Assembly: GCA_041686915.1 (NCBI GenBank) | Contig: JAWLDB010000002.1 | Span: 1 to 63,365 of the forward strand | Direction: 5' to 3' | From: Bacillota bacterium | GTDB lineage: Bacteria; Bacillota; UBA994; UBA5500 | Length of the DNA: 63,365 bases | Shown: positions 43,120 to 52,520 of the stretch, in pieces | Position numbering within the stretch: position 1 is the stretch's first letter | Layout: each line of letters starts with the position of its first letter | Notes under the pieces: generated by a model | Databases searched by the model: none | Seen by the model: only the letters and a program-made list of their open reading frames with translations | Told to the model about the DNA's origin: nothing | Translations under genes and position numbers: made by a program

Positions 43120-44451
43120 ATGAAGTTGCTAATAAAGCACGGTCAGATTATCACCATGAACCCGTTGGAAGAGATTGTGATAGGCGACATACTGATTGAA
43201 GATGGCCGGATAGCCGGCATCGGCAGATTTGAAGCATCTGAAGTAGATGAAGTGATTGATGCACGAGACAGGACTATTATACCTGGGTTCGTGCAAACCC
43301 ACGTGCATCTCTGCCAGACGCTGTTTAGAGGGCAGGCTGATGACCTGCAGCTGCTACCATGGCTGCGCGAGCGGATTTGGCCTTTAGAAGCCGCACATGA
43401 CCCGGACTCGGTCTTTAACTCGGCCGTGCTGGGCATCGCTGAGCTGATTAAGGGCGGCACTACGACTATCCTGGACATGGAAACGGTGCATCACACTGAA
43501 GCCGCCCTGGAAGCGATAGCTGCGACCGGCATACGTGCGGTGACCGGTAAAGTGATGATGGATGCCGGGGAGCATTTACCGCCTGGGTTACGGGAGACGA
43601 CGGCTGGTTCTTTGCAGGAAAGCGTCGACTTGTTGGAACGTTGGCACCTAAGGTGCAACGGTCGCATGCATTACGCCTTTTCTCCCCGCTTTGTCCTGTC
43701 CTGCAGCGAAGAACTGCTGCTCTCGATAAGTGACTTGGCCGCCAAATACGGTGTCCTGATACATACCCATGCAGCTGAGAGCCTGATTGAAGTCGGGACG
43801 GTGCAAGCTCTGACTGGAAGGCGTAACGTGCACTATCTGGACCACTTGGGATTGACCGGTCCGAATCTTGTATTGGCCCACTGTATCTGGTTGGATGAGC
43901 AGGAAAAGCAGCTGCTGGCCAAACGCGGTGTGAAGGTTGCCCACTGTCCAAGCAGCAATCTCAAACTCGCATCCGGGATAGCAGATATCCCTGGGCTTTG
44001 CCATTTGGGAGTAGCAATTGGGCTAGGAGCAGACGGCGCTCCCTGCAATAACAATCTCAGCATGCTGCAGGAGATGCGACTGGCAGCCTTACTGCACAAA
44101 CCTGCTTACGGACCGACCGCCATGGACGCCCGCACCGTGCTACGCATGGCTACGATAGAAGGTGCCAAAGCCCTAGGTTTGGAAAACGAGATCGGCAGCA
44201 TTGAAGCAGGCAAGAAGGCTGACCTGGCAATCCTCAACCTGAACAAGCTGCATACGTTCCCCTCAGCGGGGGCAGACCCTGTCTCCGGCATCGTCTATGC
44301 AGCCCGCGACACTGACGTAGAAGCAGTATTTGTTGACGGACAGATGGTGATGAGAAATCACGCGTTAACCACTATCGATGAGGAGCAAGTTTTGTTGACG
44401 AGCAACCGCAGCATCAACCGGCTGTTGACCAGTTGCGGTCTCAAGGCATAG
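43120..44451 (+). CDS. Amidohydrolase, MTA/SAH- or 5'-deoxyadenosine-deaminase-like
   Basis: GFVQTHVHLCQTLFRGQADDLQLLPWL (HxH metal site), HTHAAES, AHC, and the GADGAPCNN Asp site are typical of the MtaD/DadD/chlorohydrolase group. Confidence 0.8.
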   Translation: MKLLIKHGQIITMNPLEEIVIGDILIEDGRIAGIGRFEASEVDEVIDARDRTIIPGFVQTHVHLCQTLFRGQADDLQLLPWLRERIWPLEAAHDPDSVFNSAVLGIAELIKGGTTTILDMETVHHTEAALEAIAATGIRAVTGKVMMDAGEHLPPGLRETTAGSLQESVDLLERWHLRCNGRMHYAFSPRFVLSCSEELLLSISDLAAKYGVLIHTHAAESLIEVGTVQALTGRRNVHYLDHLGLTGPNLVLAHCIWLDEQEKQLLAKRGVKVAHCPSSNLKLASGIADIPGLCHLGVAIGLGADGAPCNNNLSMLQEMRLAALLHKPAYGPTAMDARTVLRMATIEGAKALGLENEIGSIEAGKKADLAILNLNKLHTFPSAGADPVSGIVYAARDTDVEAVFVDGQMVMRNHALTTIDEEQVLLTSNRSINRLLTSCGLKA

Positions 44452-44485
44452 AGCAAAAGAGGGCATCCCCCGCGGGATGCCCTCT
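44452..44485 (-). terminator. Hairpin terminator (T-run on minus strand, after copZ-like gene)
   Basis: AGAGGGCATCCC-CCGC-GGGATGCCCTCT. On the minus strand it is followed by TTTTGCTC. Confidence 0.75.
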
Positions 44486-44502
44486 TGCGATGCATATGTA
44501 TC

Positions 44503-44724
44503 TCAGCCCTTGATCACATCGTAACCAATCTCAGCAATAGCTCCTTCCAAGGTATCCTGAGACAGCTTGCTCTCGTCAAACAGAATTTTGACCTGCTTGG
44601 TATCCAGATTAACGTCCACCGACTTTACGCCGTCAAGGCCCGATAGAGCCTTGGTGACGTTCATTTTGCAATGCCCGCAGGACATGCCGTCCACTATCAT
44701 AGTAACTTCCTTCACCAGTTGCAC
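44503..44724 (-). CDS. copZ: Heavy-metal-associated (HMA) domain metallochaperone
   Basis: GMSCGHCKMNV metal-binding motif in a ~70-aa ferredoxin-like protein. Confidence 0.85.
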   Translation of the reverse strand: MQLVKEVTMIVDGMSCGHCKMNVTKALSGLDGVKSVDVNLDTKQVKILFDESKLSQDTLEGAIAEIGYDVIKG

Positions 44725-44844
44725 CCCCTTAACTATATGAGAATTCCTCTCATATTTATGTTACTGGATAAAGCAATGGAATGTCAATATCCAACGCTGC
44801 CACTATTTTGCACCAGTAGCAGGGGATGTATAACACCCAACGTT

Positions 44845-46761
44845 CTAGCGTACCCCGCCACCGCCACCGCCGCCACCAAAACCTCCTCCACCGGAGAAAC
44901 CGCCTCCGCGCCCGGCTCCAGAGGATTTGGGCGTTGTGGCCGCTCGTAAAGAGGACTGCATAGTACTGGTGATGGAGTTTAGGCCATGACTGAGGCCTAG
45001 CACGCCCATGTGACCATGATGGAAATAGAACCAACCGTAGGCAAAGCGATAGTTGCCCTGCTGCAGATTGGGATACACCAGCTCCAACTGCTTGAGCACT
45101 TCTTTGGCTACACCGAGGCTGATAGCATAAACCAGATAGTGCTCCCAGATAACGAGGGACGGTATGCCATGCTGATCTAGTTGCGAGAAGTGCTGCAGGA
45201 AGCGTTTGAAGGCCTGCCAGCGAACATAGTCCTCCTCGCCCCGCCTAGACCGACGGCGCAAACCAACAGCTGCCAACAGGATGAAGATGCCTGCCAGGAA
45301 GAAGCCAATACCGCTGAAGACCACGCCGGATCTCGCGGTAAAGAAGAGGATGCCAAAACCGAGCAGAAACGAAGCCACGCCTGAGACCGTAAGAATGGTA
45401 GCACCGCGCGTAATCTCTGGTCCGTTGTCAAAGAACCCAAGCTCGTCGCCGCGGAAGCGCACGATACCGGACCAGCCGTCCCAGAAGGTCTTGAAACGTT
45501 GGGGGCTGCGCTTGGCAAAGCGTTCAATGTCAGCAAAGCTGAGCCCGTCGCCCTCCTTATCGACAGTTTCAAACAGAAACTCAAGTAGATCCTGCTCATG
45601 CTTGCTCAGCCCATCATTCTTATCCAGCCTGGTCAGCTGGTAACCCACCTCTTCCTTGCCAAACAAACCACGCCGCTCCACTGAATACTCTTCAATCCGC
45701 ATGTAGCCCCGGCGGGCTAGGTCGACGATGGTAGCCGTCAGGTCATCAAAGTTTGGCAATCCGAACCGCCAGAGCACACCCATCTCTGCTGGGCTGTAAT
45801 CTCCGGGCAGTTCACGGTAGTAGTCTCCATCAAACATAGTTTCATGCCTGCGCCCATATCTGCGCCGAGTATTCAACGCCAGGAAGAGACCAACCAGGGG
45901 GATTAGAGCCCCCATGGCCAAATCAATGCGGCTTAACCATCTACTTCTGTTAGCTTCCTCTGCCAAGGCCCCCTCTTCACGCAGGATAGTATCGAGGGCA
46001 TCCATGTTGGTGTACCGAGCATTCTGGCCGGTAATCAGGCGGGTAGGGAAGGTAACCCGTCCCTCCAGGAACGTACGGGCGGGCAAGGGACTAATGTCCC
46101 AAGTGACTTCCTTTCCGGATGGAATGTCCACCACGCCACTCAACGGACCATGCCCCCAGGCTCGCACCTGCTCTTGTGTTGCACCGTTTGGCAGCGTCAG
46201 GCGCACGGAGACGTTATCAACGCTCTGGTCCCACTCGGCCCCGACCCATTGCCAATAAAGCTCAGCCACGTCGTTATGTACTTTGACCTGATTTAGGACG
46301 CGGTAACTGATGGTGAATGTCTTTGTCTCGTTAATCGCCGAAAAGCTCCAGTCGACATATAGGCGACTGCTCTGCTCCTGGGTGTAGAAGGTACCAGCGG
46401 GACCAAAATCAGTGGCTCCCGGACGGTAGGTTAAAGGCTTACCATTCTCCGCAACGGTGACATCGACAATTGAGACCCCAGGGTCCCTGTTGATCCATTG
46501 ATACATACCGCTGAACGTTCCGCTAAACTCTGCAGTGCGTTGCTCCACAATCTGCAGTGAACCGTCGGGCAGAACTTCTGCGTCAAGCTGCAGGTTAGTG
46601 AAGCGGAAGGAGCGGGCTTCTGCCTCCCCTGGAACCAGCAGAAAGCTAGCAGCCAGGACAAGGGAAAGAATAGCGAGAGCTACCCACCGGAGCTTGCCTG
46701 GCTTCAACGCAGCTTTACTTGAAATCCACATTGACGGGACCACGGGCTGCAGGCTCGCCAT
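44845..46761 (-). CDS. DUF2207-family membrane protein with poly-Gly C-terminus
   Basis: The order is signal/TM, a large N-terminal domain, several TM helices, and the characteristic tail GAGRGGGFSGGGGFGGGGGGGGVR. The start is uncertain: the listed start overlaps the lemA stop by 47 nt and has no clear SD. Confidence 0.75.
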   Translation of the reverse strand: MASLQPVVPSMWISSKAALKPGKLRWVALAILSLVLAASFLLVPGEAEARSFRFTNLQLDAEVLPDGSLQIVEQRTAEFSGTFSGMYQWINRDPGVSIVDVTVAENGKPLTYRPGATDFGPAGTFYTQEQSSRLYVDWSFSAINETKTFTISYRVLNQVKVHNDVAELYWQWVGAEWDQSVDNVSVRLTLPNGATQEQVRAWGHGPLSGVVDIPSGKEVTWDISPLPARTFLEGRVTFPTRLITGQNARYTNMDALDTILREEGALAEEANRSRWLSRIDLAMGALIPLVGLFLALNTRRRYGRRHETMFDGDYYRELPGDYSPAEMGVLWRFGLPNFDDLTATIVDLARRGYMRIEEYSVERRGLFGKEEVGYQLTRLDKNDGLSKHEQDLLEFLFETVDKEGDGLSFADIERFAKRSPQRFKTFWDGWSGIVRFRGDELGFFDNGPEITRGATILTVSGVASFLLGFGILFFTARSGVVFSGIGFFLAGIFILLAAVGLRRRSRRGEEDYVRWQAFKRFLQHFSQLDQHGIPSLVIWEHYLVYAISLGVAKEVLKQLELVYPNLQQGNYRFAYGWFYFHHGHMGVLGLSHGLNSITSTMQSSLRAATTPKSSGAGRGGGFSGGGGFGGGGGGGGVR

Positions 46762-47272
46762 CGAGGTTGAAGTACTCTACTTCGTGGAAGCCAAACATGC
46801 CTGCCACCAGATTGTTTGGGAACACCTGCACTGTTGTATTGAACCGCTGCACGGTATCATTGTAGAACTGGCGAGAGAAAGCTATCTTGCTTTCGGTGTT
46901 GCTTAGTTCTTCCTGCAGTTGGCGGAAGTTGCTGTCTGCTTTCAACTGGGGATAGTTTTCTGCCACAGCGAACAAGGTCTTCAGGGCACCTGTGAGCTGA
47001 TGCTCAGCACCTGCATGTTCAGCCACGCTACCGGCGCTCATGGCCCGGGTGCGAGCGTTGGTGACACTCTCAAGCGTTTCACGCTCGTGGGTCATGTAGC
47101 CTTTAACTGTGTTTACCAGGTTAGGAATCAGATCATAACGACGCCTGAGCTGCACGTCGATCTGTGACCAGGCATTCTTCACCCTCTGCCTAAGCTGTAC
47201 CAAACGGTTGTAAACACTCATCAGGAAAAGACCAACCACCGCAATCAGACCAATACCGATTAACCAAGGCAT
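46715..47272 (-). CDS. lemA: LemA-family protein
   Basis: An N-terminal TM helix is followed by NRLVQLRQRVKNAWSQIDVQLRRRYDLIPNLV...NYPQLKA...F.QLQ.EL..TE..IA..R..YN, the LemA pattern. The ATG at 47272 follows GGAGGTGGAG. Confidence 0.9.
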   Translation of the reverse strand: MPWLIGIGLIAVVGLFLMSVYNRLVQLRQRVKNAWSQIDVQLRRRYDLIPNLVNTVKGYMTHERETLESVTNARTRAMSAGSVAEHAGAEHQLTGALKTLFAVAENYPQLKADSNFRQLQEELSNTESKIAFSRQFYNDTVQRFNTTVQVFPNNLVAGMFGFHEVEYFNLDGEPAARGPVNVDFK

Positions 47273-47484
47273 TTTACTCCACCTCCCGGAATAATTGACC
47301 ACACCTGTACAGTAGATTGATACGCAGGCTATTGCACAAAGTTTCTTTGTCTCTTATAGAGTGCGCAAAAACCCGGTCAGACTATCTCTCCTGTACAAGC
47401 GCACTTTGGGCATCTTACACTTATTTCTTAAGAAACGGTGATGTTCCCTGCCTGACGGTTGAGTTCGTGACAGGAAACAACCCC

Positions 47485-47513
47485 GACAAAAGACGCCACG
47501 GCATGCCGTGGGG
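47485..47513 (-). terminator. Candidate terminator after the M1-like peptidase gene
   Basis: CCACGGCATGCCGTGG palindrome. On the minus strand it is followed by CGTCTTTTGTC. Confidence 0.5.
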
Positions 47514-47547
47514 CTACGAGTGGGTGGATGTCAATCCGCAAGAAGAG

Positions 47548-48771
47548 TTATGCCCGTAGCCAGCTGTCAAACTGCTGCGCTACCTGCGTGCCCCCTACGT
47601 TGTCCAGCAAATTCAGGAAACCATTGGTAGTGATGACTTTTTCGCTAAATCTTCTCTTAAGCACCTCATCCATCTTCTCCGGGCCGATCAGCTGCGCCAG
47701 GTCCCAAAGCAGCAGTGCTCCCTTGGTGTAGAGCACGCCATGAGCGGACTCGTCATTGCGCGAGAGGCCCCGGATTGGCGGAAGCCCGGCAGCCTTTGCA
47801 CGCATCGTAGTCACCAGTTGCCCTACTTCGGCTTGTCCGTACCTGCTCTCAAACGCTTTCATCGAAGAGTACTCAGCAAATGACTCATTCAACCAATCTT
47901 CCCAGCTATCTATCCTCGCACCTGTCCACCAGAGATGGGCGAATTCGTGCGCAATAAACCGGAATAAGCGGTTCCCGCTGGCCGCCTGGTAGCCCTGGAG
48001 GTCAGAAAGCATGACCATGCCTGGGCGAACATACCCGCCACCTCGTTTGCGCGGGGCTATGATTACATCCAGATGGCGGTCCTGGTCATCCTTGAACCAG
48101 TTCTGGTAAAAGTCCAAAATCCATTCTCCGTCTGCGAGAATAGCCCGAATGCCTTCCTGGTTCTCACCTGCAGTGTGGTGAATGGCCATGCTCGCCCGAC
48201 CGGAGCACCCCGTGGCTTGCTGCAAGTCAGGAGCAGCAGCTATAGTGATATCCATGGTCGGCAGCTCAGAGGAGAGTGTCCACTTACCGTCACTCCCGGC
48301 AACTTTTCCAGTTCCGGTAACGCGATACTCAGGGTTAATCTCCAGGTCAACCTGGTATGTAAACAAGCCACCGTGCGGATCCCACGGGAACCAAGGTGTG
48401 TAAAGGCCTAGCTCTGTCCACTCAGGGGTTAGCCGGTTTACATCCCATTCATCGAAGATCAGATGAGGCAGCCGGCCTGAGTAGTCAAAAGTCAGCTCAG
48501 TTTCCTGACCTGGTTGGAGCATCTCCTTAAACACCAGTTCCCAAGCATCTGCCTCGCCGGCAAACTGATATCCGGCGTTACCCTGATGGATGTACTCCTG
48601 CAGGAGCGCACCGCTAATGGACTTCACCTTCAAATCCTGATGTAATAACACAGTCAGTTTATCCGTCATCTCTTGGGCCTTGAACAAGATTCTTACTCTG
48701 GCGGCTACCGATTGCTCAATCGGGTCCAGTTTGAGTTTGATGTCATAAAAAGAACAATTACCCACGGTCAT
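47548..48771 (-). CDS. M1-family (gluzincin) metallopeptidase-like protein
   Basis: HEFAHLWW-x18-NESFAEY (HExxH-x18-E). The GAMEN exopeptidase motif is not evident. The start is approximate. Confidence 0.7.
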   Translation of the reverse strand: MTVGNCSFYDIKLKLDPIEQSVAARVRILFKAQEMTDKLTVLLHQDLKVKSISGALLQEYIHQGNAGYQFAGEADAWELVFKEMLQPGQETELTFDYSGRLPHLIFDEWDVNRLTPEWTELGLYTPWFPWDPHGGLFTYQVDLEINPEYRVTGTGKVAGSDGKWTLSSELPTMDITIAAAPDLQQATGCSGRASMAIHHTAGENQEGIRAILADGEWILDFYQNWFKDDQDRHLDVIIAPRKRGGGYVRPGMVMLSDLQGYQAASGNRLFRFIAHEFAHLWWTGARIDSWEDWLNESFAEYSSMKAFESRYGQAEVGQLVTTMRAKAAGLPPIRGLSRNDESAHGVLYTKGALLLWDLAQLIGPEKMDEVLKRRFSEKVITTNGFLNLLDNVGGTQVAQQFDSWLRA

Positions 48772-48941
48772 TCCCCTCCCAGTAAAATCCATTCGAAACA
48801 TATATCTTATTTATAAAGGTTTCCCTTAATATTGTCAATCTAACAGGGCATTATCTTCTGCTATTCGTTTAAACCGCGGATTTACCAATATTGACGCTCA
48901 AGGAGAGGCAGGATGGTAACTCCCAGATCCCCTTCTAAGGG

Positions 48942-48973
48942 TAAAAAGCAGCGGCGGCCAATAGGCCGCCGCT
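48942..48973 (-). terminator. Rho-independent terminator
   Basis: GCGGCGGCC-TATT-GGCCGCCGC on the minus strand, followed by TGCTTTTTAC. Confidence 0.85.
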
Positions 48974-48989
48974 TCGCTCAGCAATGGGA

Positions 48990-50444
48990 CTACAGACGCA
49001 ACCAGGCAGCTGGCTTGGTAGGCGACTCCCCTCTATGTCTAAACTCATTAGTCCTTCCGTCATATAGATAGTCGCCTCGCAATCTGTCTATGTTCGCTAC
49101 TGTCTGTTTGAAAGCCGCCACAATGCACTCTATCTCGCTATCTGTGGTTACAGGGTGAAGCGATACCCTTACCCAACCAGGCTTTGCGGAGAGGTCCCCT
49201 TTGTCGATATTGTTGGTTATTTTCGCCGACTGTTCTCTTCCTACACCTAACAGGTAATGACCATATGTGCCTGCGCAGGAGCATCCCCCCCTCACCTGTA
49301 TGCCAAAGCGGTCATTCAGGACCTTCACCAGCAGGTTATAGTGAATCCCGTCTACGTAGACTGAGACAATCCCCAGGCGTTCTCGCATTTCTCCCTCCAA
49401 AATATGCAGACTGGGGATGGTATCTAACCCAGAGAACAGCCGGCGCAGCAGCTCGTGTTCCCTTGCCAACATCAGATCGCTGGACATCTTTTCTTTCAAC
49501 TGAACGCTCAGCGCGGCCCTGATCGCCTGCAGAAACCCGGGTGTACCGCCATCTTCCCGCAGTTCAATATCGTGTATATACTTGTGCCCCCAGGGACTGG
49601 TCCAATCAACGGTTCCACCCCCGGGATTGTCCGGTATCGCGTTGTCATGTATATTGCGGTTAAATATCAACACCCCTGAGGAGCCGGGCCCTCCCAAGAA
49701 CTTGTGGGGTGAGAAATAGACGGCGTCCAAATACGCCAACGGGTCCGCAGGATGCATATCAATGTCAACGTAGGGAGCGCTGGCGGCAAAGTCAACAAAG
49801 CATAGCCCGTCATGCTGGTGCATCAATTTGGCCATAGCATGGTAGGGGGTAACGATACCAGTAACGTTTGAACACGCTGTGAAGGCGCCTATCTTCAACC
49901 TGCGCCCGCGATAACGTTGCAATTGGTGCTCTAAGCGGTTTAGATCTATCAAGCCGTCCGGCCCTGGCTCGAGACAGACTACGTCTGCGCAGGTCTCGCG
50001 CCAGGAGATATGATTGGAGTGGTGTTCCATATGAGTTACAAAGACAACAGGACGGTCATCCTCTGGCAGCCTGAGAAATGGTTTCATACGCTCGCAGATG
50101 CGTAATCCCATAATTCTCTGCAGTTTGTTGACGACGCCAGTCATGCCAGCTTCTGCGGTAATGATCACATCATTTAGCCCTGCGTTGACATGCCGTTTCA
50201 GCAGCTGATGCGCCTGGTGGTAAAGCCTGGTCATGGCCATTCCAGTTTCACTGGACTCAGAATGCGTGTTGCCCACATATGGGCCTACCTGTTCCAGCAT
50301 GGCCTGCTCGATCGGCCTGTATAGTCTCCCGCTTGCTGTCCAGTCAGCATAAAGCATGCGCACCTCGCCGTAAGGGGTTCGAAAGACCTGCCCATTGCCA
50401 ACGACGTTGTCCCTGTACACGCTAAACCGCTGCTCTAAGTTCAT
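48990..50444 (-). CDS. Class V-fold PLP-dependent enzyme (cysteine desulfurase/selenocysteine lyase-like)
   Basis: FSPHKFLGGPGSSGVL (PLP lysine) and HMEHHSN motifs. The ATG at 50444 lies 7 nt after GGAGG. Confidence 0.75.
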   Translation of the reverse strand: MNLEQRFSVYRDNVVGNGQVFRTPYGEVRMLYADWTASGRLYRPIEQAMLEQVGPYVGNTHSESSETGMAMTRLYHQAHQLLKRHVNAGLNDVIITAEAGMTGVVNKLQRIMGLRICERMKPFLRLPEDDRPVVFVTHMEHHSNHISWRETCADVVCLEPGPDGLIDLNRLEHQLQRYRGRRLKIGAFTACSNVTGIVTPYHAMAKLMHQHDGLCFVDFAASAPYVDIDMHPADPLAYLDAVYFSPHKFLGGPGSSGVLIFNRNIHDNAIPDNPGGGTVDWTSPWGHKYIHDIELREDGGTPGFLQAIRAALSVQLKEKMSSDLMLAREHELLRRLFSGLDTIPSLHILEGEMRERLGIVSVYVDGIHYNLLVKVLNDRFGIQVRGGCSCAGTYGHYLLGVGREQSAKITNNIDKGDLSAKPGWVRVSLHPVTTDSEIECIVAAFKQTVANIDRLRGDYLYDGRTNEFRHRGESPTKPAAWLRL

Positions 50445-50629
50445 TGGCTCGCCTCCTCGCATGCTTTCCCAGAGAGTTCGATTTCAGCGCAATCTCATTC
50501 CTGTAACTAGGTCTAAAGCTTACATTAAATATCTATGCCAGTGGATAGATAAAGGGAACAGAAGAGGGCACGCCTCGTACGGCGTGCCCTGGGGTTGTGC
50601 TATACCCGACTTACCCGGAAGCGCAACCT

Positions 50630-50672
50630 CATAAAGATACATCCCCGCGGACAACGTCCGCGGGGATGTATC
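50630..50672 (-). terminator. Rho-independent terminator after asd
   Basis: GATACATCCCCGCGGAC-GTT-GTCCGCGGGGATGTATC on the minus strand, followed by TTTAT. A second hairpin lies at about 50566..50589. Confidence 0.8.
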
Positions 50673-50676
50673 ATAC

Positions 50677-51762
50677 TTACTTAGCGCTTAGATATCCCTC
50701 TGCCTTGAGCAGCTCTGCCATTAAGACTGCACCGCCGGCAGCGCCGCGCAGTGTGTTGTGTGACAGGCAGACGAACTTGTAATCAAAGATACTGTCTTCC
50801 CGCAGTCTGCCTACGGTGATACCCATGCCACCTTGGAAGTCTCGATCCAGGCCGGTCTGGGGCCGGCCCTCGTCATGGAAGTACCTGATGAAAGGCTGAG
50901 GAGCACTGGGTAGCTCCAAACGTTGTGGCTTCCCTTTAAAGCTCTCCCACCGGGTCAGTATTTCCTCGATGGATGGCTTCTTCTCAAAGCTCACAAAGGT
51001 AGCAGCCATATGGCCATCACTAACAGGCACTCGAATGCACTGTGTGGTAATCAGAGGGAACTGAGCTTTGACGATTTTGTCCCCCACAATGCGACCCCAG
51101 ATTCTGAGCGGCTCTTGCTCGCTCTTCTCCTCTTCACCAGGAATTAGCGGAATAACGTTATCGACCATCTCGGGCCAACTGGCAAAGGTCTTGCCTGCGC
51201 CCGAAATCGCCTGGTAAGTGCAGGCCAGTACCTGCTTCGGGTGAAACTCCATTAGTGGATGCAATGCAGGAACGTAGCTTTGAATGGAACAGTTAGGCTT
51301 GACTGCAATGAAGCCCCTCTTGGTGCCAAGCCTCTTCTGCTGCACTGGAATGATGTCCAGATGGGCGTGGTTGATCTCCGGAATTAACGCGGGGACGTCA
51401 GGGGTCCAGCGATGCGCGGAGTTGTTAGAAACTACAGGAGTCTCCGTTTTTGCATACGCCTCTTCCAGGGCTCTAATCTGCTCCTTCTTCATGTCGACAG
51501 CACAAAAGACAAAGTCTACGCCACCGGCAACCTGATCCACATTGCCTGCATCCTGCACTATCAGGGATGAGATGGACGTGGGAACCTGCACCTCAAACGC
51601 CCACCGTCCATCGACCGCCTCTTCGTATGTTTTGCCCGCCGAGCGACTGCTGGCAGCAACCGCAACCACCTGAAACCATGGGTGGTCTGACAGTAAAGAG
51701 ATGAACCTCTGGCCCACCATACCGGTGGCACCGATGACACCAACTCTTAACTTGCTTGACAA
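50677..51762 (-). CDS. asd: Aspartate-semialdehyde dehydrogenase (archaeal/asd_EA type)
   Basis: [18 protein letters not shown] fold, active-site PNCSIQ, QAISGAG. The TTG at 51762 lies 5 nt after AGGAGGTGA. Confidence 0.85.
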   Translation of the reverse strand: MSSKLRVGVIGATGMVGQRFISLLSDHPWFQVVAVAASSRSAGKTYEEAVDGRWAFEVQVPTSISSLIVQDAGNVDQVAGGVDFVFCAVDMKKEQIRALEEAYAKTETPVVSNNSAHRWTPDVPALIPEINHAHLDIIPVQQKRLGTKRGFIAVKPNCSIQSYVPALHPLMEFHPKQVLACTYQAISGAGKTFASWPEMVDNVIPLIPGEEEKSEQEPLRIWGRIVGDKIVKAQFPLITTQCIRVPVSDGHMAATFVSFEKKPSIEEILTRWESFKGKPQRLELPSAPQPFIRYFHDEGRPQTGLDRDFQGGMGITVGRLREDSIFDYKFVCLSHNTLRGAAGGAVLMAELLKAEGYLSAK

Positions 51763-51915
51763 ATATGTCACCTCCTGATGAAATGCACACCATTTCCTTC
51801 TTGTATATCTATTCAAGCTAGACGCCAATGTTGTTATACTTGCAGTGTTTCGGCAAGGTATTAACGGCGACTAGTAGAACTATTATATGAGCCCAATAAG
51901 AGAGGATGAACTGCG

Positions 51916-52284
51916 ATGTCTACTATGGAGATTATTGTCGGGAATGGTAAAGCCGATGCTCACTGCAAGGGATTGATAATTGAGACGGGCGCTGGCGCCC
52001 CGTCACCTTATGACCTGTTCCTGGCTTCCCTAGGCACCTGTGCCGGTTTGACAGCCGTTGGCTATTGCCAAGAGAAGGGCTTGTCGACAGATGGAATGAA
52101 AATCCTGATGGACGTAGATCGTGACCCAGACAGCCGCTTAGCGAGCAAGGTTAAAATGCAGTTGATGCTGCCGGCAGGTTTCCCCGAAGGGGAGAAAGCT
52201 GGCCTGGTCGAGGCAGCCGGGCACTGTTTCGTCAAACGCCACTTGGAGACGCCACCAGAGTTTGAAATGACTATTATTGAATAG
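51916..52284 (+). CDS. OsmC-family protein
   Basis: About 120 aa with the ...SPYDLFLASLGTCAG... and ...AAGHCFVKRHL... cysteine pattern of the OsmC/Ohr fold. Confidence 0.7.
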   Translation: MSTMEIIVGNGKADAHCKGLIIETGAGAPSPYDLFLASLGTCAGLTAVGYCQEKGLSTDGMKILMDVDRDPDSRLASKVKMQLMLPAGFPEGEKAGLVEAAGHCFVKRHLETPPEFEMTIIE

Positions 52285-52292
52285 GAATCAAG

Positions 52293-52325
52293 AGAGGAGC
52301 CTTCCGGGCTCCTCTTGTTTTTATT
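52293..52325 (+). terminator. Rho-independent terminator
   Basis: AGAGGAGCC-TTCCG-GGCTCCTCT followed by TGTTTTTATT. Confidence 0.85.
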
Positions 52326-52520
52326 GGAGTCGTGGCTTTAGGCTGTTTATTCTGCTGCGATCATCGTCTGCATGCTCCTAATCAACTCAGCTTCCATGAC
52401 CGCCTGCCCCTTCAAAGGGAAGCAGTCCGCTACTGCCAGTCTATCAAGATTTACAGTATCTGTATAGATTTGTGGCCCGTAAGAAAACGGGTCCCACTCA
52501 AACGTTGGGACCCATTCATT

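Noticed and set aside
44848-44910. A GCC/ACC-rich repetitive DNA stretch that looks like a microsatellite or tandem repeat.
   Set aside because: It is the coding sequence for the poly-Gly C-terminus typical of DUF2207 proteins. It is imperfect and in-frame, not a non-coding repeat or CRISPR-like array.
47317-47559. An 80-aa plus-strand ORF in the lemA / M1-peptidase intergenic region.
   Set aside because: It has no SD. It runs through the minus-strand terminator hairpin and the lemA promoter region, and it overlaps the peptidase stop. It is most likely non-coding.
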